A DNA stretch of 13,159 nucleotides, taken from NCBI GenBank assembly GCA_964510585.1, contig CAZECW010000034.1, positions 1-13,159 of the forward strand. Direction: 5' to 3'. The DNA is from an uncultured archaeon. GTDB taxonomy: Archaea; Asgardarchaeota; Jordiarchaeia; Jordiarchaeales; Jordiarchaeaceae. A model generated the notes under the pieces. It searched no databases. It was not told the origin of the DNA and was given only the letters and a program-made list of their open reading frames with translations. Positions within the stretch are counted from its first letter, which is position 1; every line of letters begins with the position of its first letter. This document shows positions 8,231-13,159 of the stretch, piece after piece. The translations under genes were made by a program, and so were the position numbers.

Positions 8231-9556
8231 TTGGAATTAGGAGATGTTCGCTTGCCCGTTGATAGAAATAGTGGAATGTGGAATTCCCAAGAGGAAACTT
8301 TGACAAAAGAGGAGAAGATGCAACGCGACGAGAAGAATTTAGTTAGAATTTTTAGACACGCCTACAATAACTCCCCCTTTTACCATGAAAGATATAGGGA
8401 GGCGGGCTTAACCGCTGAAGACATAAAAACCTTGGAGGACATAAAAAAAATTCCGTTCTTGAGGAAGCCAGAATTACAGGAGGCACAGAGGAAAAATCCA
8501 CCCTTCGGAAACAATTTAACTGTCCCCATAAATAAACTCTCCGAAATCTTCATCTCCCCTGGGCCAATTTTTGAGGGAGTGGTGGCAGAGGAAGCAGAAG
8601 CTATGCTTAATGCTAGGTGTAAAGCCTTCTATTCCTGCGGAGCCAGACCAGGAGACATAGTAGTAAACACATTTATGTACCACATGGTTCCCGCGGGATT
8701 AAACATACACCTAGGCTTCAGACGCCTAGGCTGCACAGTGGTTCCCACAGGAGTGGGACAAACCGCCTACCAAGCAATAATAATGAGGGACCTGGGAGTA
8801 ACAGTTTTCGCAGGAACCCCCTCCTTTCTGGCGTTGATTGGAGAAGAGGCCAAAAAAGGAGGAATCAACCCCAAAGAGGACCTAAAATTGGAGCTAGGTA
8901 TTTTTTCCGCCGAACCCCTACCAGAAAGTCTAAGGAAATCTCTCATGGATACTTTTGGAATCCTTGCACGCCAACTCTTCGGAACCGCAGACTTGGGAAC
9001 AGTAGCCAGAGAATGCCCCCAAGAGAATGGAATGCATATTGAAGAATCACTGATAATGGAAATAATAGATCCAAACACACTAGAACAAGTAGCACCAGGG
9101 GAGGAAGGGGAAATCACCTGCACCATACCCCACAAATTAGCAAATCCCATAATACGATTCAGAACCGGCGACGCCACCATTCTCAGCGAGGAAAAATGTC
9201 CCTGCGGAAGAACCTCTCCCAAATTGAAAAAAATCCTGGGAAGAGTAGACCAACTGGTAAAAGTCAAGGGAATGTTCGTGCATCCAGTAAACATTAAAAG
9301 CGTAGTTAAAAAACACCCAGAACTAGGAAACTATGAAGCAATAGTTGATAGACCCCAACTATCCGACGTACTAACAATAAGAATAGAATTCGTAGCCACA
9401 GGAGAAAGCCTACCAAAAAATCGGGAAAAAGCAAAAGAAGAACTGGAAAAGGAATTCAAAGAAGCCCTAAGAATAAAAGCCACCGTGGAACTAGTGCAAA
9501 AGGGCTCCATAAAAGAAACCAAGGAGAAAATAGTAGACCTAAGAAAAATGGAATGA
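8231..9556 (+). CDS. Phenylacetate-CoA ligase (PaaK)-family acyl/aryl-CoA ligase
   Basis: HAYNNSPFYHERYREAG, DIKKIPFLRK, GCTVVPTGVG, LFGTADLG, IIRFRTGD, ILGRVDQLVKVKGMFVHP. The P-loop is atypical (FISPGP). Start is TTG 8231 or TTG 8252 (AGGAG 8 nt upstream). Substrate cannot be assigned. Confidence 0.88.
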   Translation: MELGDVRLPVDRNSGMWNSQEETLTKEEKMQRDEKNLVRIFRHAYNNSPFYHERYREAGLTAEDIKTLEDIKKIPFLRKPELQEAQRKNPPFGNNLTVPINKLSEIFISPGPIFEGVVAEEAEAMLNARCKAFYSCGARPGDIVVNTFMYHMVPAGLNIHLGFRRLGCTVVPTGVGQTAYQAIIMRDLGVTVFAGTPSFLALIGEEAKKGGINPKEDLKLELGIFSAEPLPESLRKSLMDTFGILARQLFGTADLGTVARECPQENGMHIEESLIMEIIDPNTLEQVAPGEEGEITCTIPHKLANPIIRFRTGDATILSEEKCPCGRTSPKLKKILGRVDQLVKVKGMFVHPVNIKSVVKKHPELGNYEAIVDRPQLSDVLTIRIEFVATGESLPKNREKAKEELEKEFKEALRIKATVELVQKGSIKETKEKIVDLRKME

Positions 9557-9643
9557 GCAAATATCTATCACAAGAAACAATATACAATTTTCAAATAAAT
9601 AAGTTACATAACAGCCTTAAATTATAATATTATAAGTGAGTTC

Positions 9644-10343
9644 TTGGAAAATATTGGGACTGAACCAACCTAGTTTTACCATTTTTAAAAACCATAGGAA
9701 GAACTCAAGCTAGCATCCTACGTAATCTTAGTAACATCTTCTATCAGTGAAGAAGTAAAAACCTATGGTTCAGAATTCACAACTAGGTTCACTAAAAATG
9801 CTTCACACCATCCTGCTCAAAAATTTAAAGTACACGAGGATATTTAAACCTTGGAGCAGCTAGATAAATACCTAATTTCAACATCCGAAAAACGCCAAGG
9901 AGCCTATAAAACGCCCTTACACACCTAGTTCAAGGCCGAATACGAGTTACAGAACTAATCCGGAGCAAGAGTTCGAGTAGGAGCCATAGGATTCTATAAG
10001 GATGTGGAGAAAAAGCCGATTGAAGAACGAAACGTGGATTTAGACGGTCTTCTATCAGCCTATCGCCAAACCATGATTGCGTTAAAGATTTCTACAACTC
10101 GATTTGGGATAAAAAAATAATAGTGGTGGAAGTGTTAATGTACTCTGGCCAACTTGTTACTTTTCGGATATATGCCGATTTACTTTCGATTGGGGCATAC
10201 TAAAACAGCCAGACGGTAGACTCCAATGTGCCCACTATGTAGCCATGGTTCAGTTCTTTAAACTGACTACGGGATACAAACGGGATTACACTATCGTGAA
10301 ATATAAGAAGCCACACTGTACAGCAAAAGCATACATCATCTAA
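9644..10343 (+). pseudogene. Possible decayed ORF of unknown function, with a weak V4R-like Cys pattern at its end
   Basis: One frame runs from 9698 to 10117 (140 codons) with only three stops and protein-like text (e.g. SGARVRVGAIGFYKDVEKKPIEERNVDLDGLLSAYRQTMIAL). A second frame covers 10113-10343 (CRFTFDWGILKQPDGRLQCAHYVAMVQFF...KPHCTAKAYII). A TATA-like palindrome at 9622-9635 precedes the TTG at 9644. Confidence 0.35.
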
Positions 10344-10629
10344 TCGCTGGAAGAGAAGCTCGCAAAAACTATATCAAAAAACCTATCAAAGAAAAAGCAA
10401 AAACAAAAGAAACTAAAAAATATACAACCCATATATAAAAATTAGACTTAAGTATACCTTTACCTTCCAGGAAGGCGGTTCAACCCCCCTACTTAACACC
10501 CCCCTCAGATATACATCATCACCATCAAATAAGTATAAATAAATAAAAACGTACATAAGCTGCGCTTCTTAGACAAAGAACGAAAACATGTTTTTATAGC
10601 AAAATAAATAAATAATTTAATAGCAAAAA

Positions 10630-10660
10630 TTTAATATATTTGTTCGGATAAAATTTATAA
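10630..10660 (+). promoter_or_regulatory. Candidate BRE/TATA promoters for the downstream two-gene cassette
   Basis: GCAAAAA-TTTAATATA (TATA 10630-10638) and GGATAAAA-TTTATAA (TATA 10654-10660) lie in a very AT-rich stretch. Confidence 0.45.
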
Positions 10661-10839
10661 TACATGCTGAGGTTGATACGGTTTAGGACGAGGTAAGTCA
10701 CTTGATTCAAGGCTCTTTGCTCTCTTGCGAAACGGGAAGTCTAGTAACACCTTACTGCAGATACTGAATTCGGAAATCCAGCATGTAATAGTATTGCCCT
10801 CAGCACCCGAAAAAATAAAAGAATATAGGAGGAGAAGGG

Positions 10840-12081
10840 ACGAAAAAACTCAAAATCTTCTCTGTAATATTCTTCGCGGCAATCATGCTAGGAATGGGAA
10901 CCGGTCTAGCCACAATGACTGCATATAAGGTGCCGGAACAAAATGTTCTTACTGGGCTGCTTATCTCAAACGTGGATTCAAAAAATTCCCTTAAATTCCA
11001 AGAGCCATATGATTGGGATCAGATCCTGAAACCGGTAATAGAAAATGAAACCCTAGGTGAGCTTCTATCTGTTATAAACAATGGTTTCAGAGAATGGGCT
11101 AAGCAGGATAAACTCAGATACTTAAACTTGCTGATCTTTCCGGAAAGAGAAAGTTCTAAAATGTATTTCTCCCAGTTCCTCTCCGAAAACCCGGAGTACA
11201 AAAACTATATTATACAATACGTCGACATGATAAGCGAAATACACGCATCCATGGTACCCACCCTTTCTCAGGCATACTGCGACCTGATCGTTGAGAAGGG
11301 CGAAGTGACCGACCAGTGGGAGTACAACACAACAATTGACGGCAACGAATTCACGGTCACATGCACGGTGTATGAACTCAATGTAAATGGTACAGTACAA
11401 AAATTAGTGAAAGCAAACTTCTACAATTCAGAGGGAGTGCAAATTGCAGACCCATACGCCGGAGTTTACCTGTACTACATTCCCGCCTACGTTTGGCCTT
11501 GGGGCTGGCTCGTAATCGGGGAGAATCTCTACCTCAACGTCAGATTCACATACCCCAACGAATCTAACCTCTGGGCTGTGTTAGCACTTGCGGGGATGGT
11601 CGGCAATGTCTCGTACGAGAGCATATTAGGCTTTTTGATTCCAACCATTGTGACCTATACAACTGCGGGCAAGATGTTGGGAACACTAGTGGCACTATAT
11701 ACGTTTCTTGGGCTCTATGTTATTCCTCAGTTGGAGGCAGAGTATCTTAGAGATCGGACAGTTTATGCTTGGGGGATGTCTGCTTATGAAAATTGGGGCA
11801 TACAGTCTCAACTTCGGGTGTGTTACATCTATCCTTGGACTATATACGCGTTTCTTCCCTCATATTTCATGATTGGCTATGTTCTTTACAATGGCGCCTA
11901 CGTTCCAGGATTGCCCAATCCCTATACTCCTTACGTTCCCATAATTACTGTAGGTGGCTTGCTAGCTTACGGTATTACCTCGGTTTATCTGCTTAACAAT
12001 CTACGATCCGATATGTTGCTTTGGGGCGCAACCCTGGGGTTTAATCGCATGGTGTGGATGGGTACCTGGCCTACAGAATAA
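10840..12081 (+). CDS. Unknown exported protein with a hydrophobic, aromatic-rich C-terminal domain; probable ACG start, 413 aa
   Basis: The frame is open from the stop at 10816-10818. ACG 10840, 7 nt after GGAGG (10828-10832), gives a typical signal peptide (M)KKLKIFSVIFFAAIMLGMGTGLATMTA. Five sequons (NET, NTT, NGT, NES, NVS). Gly-rich hydrophobic segments in the C-terminal half. The track start at 10885 falls inside the signal peptide. Confidence 0.75.
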   Translation, partial: TKKLKIFSVIFFAAIMLGMGTGLATMTAYKVPEQNVLTGLLISNVDSKNSLKFQEPYDWDQILKPVIENETLGELLSVINNGFREWAKQDKLRYLNLLIFPERESSKMYFSQFLSENPEYKNYIIQYVDMISEIHASMVPTLSQAYCDLIVEKGEVTDQWEYNTTIDGNEFTVTCTVYELNVNGTVQKLVKANFYNSEGVQIADPYAGVYLYYIPAYVWPWGWLVIGENLYLNVRFTYPNESNLWAVLALAGMVGNVSYESILGFLIPTIVTYTTAGKMLGTLVALYTFLGLYVIPQLEAEYLRDRTVYAWGMSAYENWGIQSQLRVCYIYPWTIYAFLPSYFMIGYVLYNGAYVPGLPNPYTPYVPIITVGGLLAYGITSVYLLNNLRSDMLLWGATLGFNRMVWMGTWPTE

Positions 12082-12111
12082 TTTCTCTACTATGATGGCT
12101 ATAATTAAGAG

Positions 12112-12801
12112 GTGTTTATGAAAATGAAAACGAAAAACATAACTTACCTCCTATTTTTTTTACTACTTTTAGGGATTGTGTTGTTCATTATTTACCATTT
12201 TTCATATTGGAAACTAGCTGTACCGGATTCGCCATCGCCTTACTATTGGTTGCCTCGTGAGCAGTATCTGGTGGCGGCTTATGATTTATATATTCGTAGC
12301 CAGTACTTCATGATAGCTAGGCCTGTTTCACTAATCTTTTTTATTCTTGTGTTTATACTCATTATCTTCGTACGACTTTTTAAGAGTCTGTCTATGAATT
12401 TTGAGAGCTTTGACGAGGCTTGGAGAGCTTTGAAAGCTTTTACTCGGGAGTCTTCCAAGAAAAGCAAGTTAATGCTATCTGTCTTACTAGCCGACTTTTT
12501 ATTTGGGCTTTCCATCGGTGCAGGTTATTTGCTATTTGGCCTCCCATATGGTCCCCTTTTTATGTTTTCCTCTCTGCTCTACGCTGTCAACTACTTCCTC
12601 TACTCTTCGCCTCTGCTGCCCCACTTCGAAATTCTAATGATCCTAATGTATTATGCTCAAACCGGGTTTATGTATACTGTTTTTTATGGCATGTTTTTCA
12701 TTCCTCTGATTGTAGTGTTAATAATTGGTTGGCGCTACGAGTCAGCCTTTTGGAAGGAGATAAAGGCCCTATCTCCAAAGAGCTTTAAATCCTCTACTTA
12801 G
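12112..12801 (+). CDS. Unknown integral membrane protein (~5 TM)
   Basis: About five hydrophobic segments separated by charged loops. It begins about 30-40 nt after the upstream stop. GAGGTG at 12109-12114 favours ATG 12124 or 12118 as the start. Confidence 0.75.
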   Translation: MFMKMKTKNITYLLFFLLLLGIVLFIIYHFSYWKLAVPDSPSPYYWLPREQYLVAAYDLYIRSQYFMIARPVSLIFFILVFILIIFVRLFKSLSMNFESFDEAWRALKAFTRESSKKSKLMLSVLLADFLFGLSIGAGYLLFGLPYGPLFMFSSLLYAVNYFLYSSPLLPHFEILMILMYYAQTGFMYTVFYGMFFIPLIVVLIIGWRYESAFWKEIKALSPKSFKSST

Positions 12802-12810
12802 AGTCCTTTT

Positions 12811-12828
12811 AACCCCCCTCCTTTTTTT
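12811..12828 (+). terminator. Putative pyrimidine-rich/oligo-T terminator closing the cassette
   Basis: AACCCCCCTCC followed by T7 (12822-12828), 10-27 nt after the TAG at 12801. Confidence 0.5.
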
Positions 12829-12961
12829 GAAGACACATTTTATTAGAAGATGTATCTCGACAATGTTAAATTTAACTTTTGCCTTATTTTTCTATGAACT
12901 GAGGTATGATTACCCTCGTGGAAACACGCCAAACCACATTAGAGGAGGTTCTACGAAGGAT

Positions 12962-13159
12962 ATGACGGTAGACTACACGGAGAAGAAAAAACATGGCCTA
13001 CTTGACCCTAGAAGCTGAGGGCTGCCCGTGGAGGGCACAGCCGACCTGGCGGAAAGATTACGGCGCATATGGACCCGCTTCCGAAACTGCTTCAAGACAA
13101 AAACCAGGGACACCAGCAAGCAAGCCCTGGTCTACATGCAGGGGTCGCTGACCATGGAG
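12962..13159 (+). mobile_element. 5' end of a probable IS701-family transposase gene with a premature TGA, truncated by the window edge
   Basis: Reading through TGA 13016-13018 gives MTVDYTEKKKHGLLDPRS*GLPVEGTADLAERLRRIWTRFRNCFKTKTRDTSKQALVYMQGSLTME. From memory this matches the DPxxWGLP...RLxxxWxRFxxCFxTxTRDxS...YxxGxLxM N-terminus of a group of IS701 transposases. GC content rises sharply here, and GAGGAGG lies near 12942-12948. The terminal inverted repeat was not identified. Confidence 0.65.

Noticed and set aside
221-9522. Short or antisense ORFs overlapping real genes (e.g. 1292..1474, 2020..2307, 5028..5318, 6257..6682, 7267..7626, 7297..7938, 8767..9294, 9331..9522)
   Set aside because: They are shadow frames of well-supported genes and show no motifs or SD support.
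9622-9635. Perfect AT-only palindrome TTATAATATTATAA (similarly GTTAAATTTAAC at 12865-12876) as an operator
   Set aside because: AT-rich palindromes are common in these spacers and are adequately explained as TATA elements.
3467-10120. Pyrrolysine or stop-codon recoding to explain in-frame TAG codons near a corrinoid/methyltransferase locus
   Set aside because: The interrupted frames also contain TAA stops and frameshifts, the methyltransferase and corrinoid genes have no internal TAG, and no pyl genes are in the window.
10463-10490. tRNA T-arm-like GGTTCAACC or an IS605/TnpB right end
   Set aside because: No cloverleaf can be folded and there is no tnpB remnant upstream.
10666-10739. TPP-riboswitch-like motif order (GCTGAG...TCACTTGAT-CAAG...CTTG-CG...GGGAAG)
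   Set aside because: The G-rich 5' P2 strand and its CCC partner are absent, UGAGA reads UGAGG, P4 pairing is poor, and the downstream gene is not thiamine-related. It would need a cmscan hit to RF00059.
10725-12788. ORFs 10725..10928, 11019..11201, 11122..11400, 11793..11996, 12279..12515 and 12420..12788
   Set aside because: They overlap the two cassette genes in other frames or on the other strand and have no protein-like features.
12827-13018. 63-aa ORF as an independent gene
   Set aside because: Its 3' part is the transposase N-terminus from ATG 12962, and its 5' part starts in the terminator T-tract.
1-13159. CRISPR array, rRNA or tRNA genes
   Set aside because: No regularly spaced 24-47-bp repeats or conserved rRNA/tRNA motifs were found on either strand.

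Overview
An AT-rich archaeal-type genomic window, judged from TATA/BRE-like promoters, GAGGTG/GGAGG ribosome-binding sites, T-tract terminators and mostly TTG/GTG starts; the lineage cannot be fixed from this window. Left to right: (i) a 1011-aa exported protein with two tandem C45/Ntn cysteine-hydrolase modules; (ii) a multiply disrupted flavodoxin (HemG-like) pseudogene; (iii) a minus-strand operon of a corrinoid protein, a URO-D/MtaA-family methyltransferase and an alpha/beta hydrolase, transcribed divergently from (iv) a thiolase and a phenylacetate-CoA-ligase-family enzyme; (v) about 1.3 kb of non-coding or decayed DNA, including a possible structured leader; (vi) a two-gene cassette of an unknown exported protein with a hydrophobic C-terminal half and a ~5-TM membrane protein, arranged like an archaeocin/immunity pair; (vii) the 5' end of a probable IS701-family transposase with a premature TGA. 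Two otherwise intact genes have ACG exactly where the start codon is expected, each 7-8 nt after a strong SD motif. No rRNA, tRNA or CRISPR array was seen. All family assignments come from motif recognition by eye; no database search was run.
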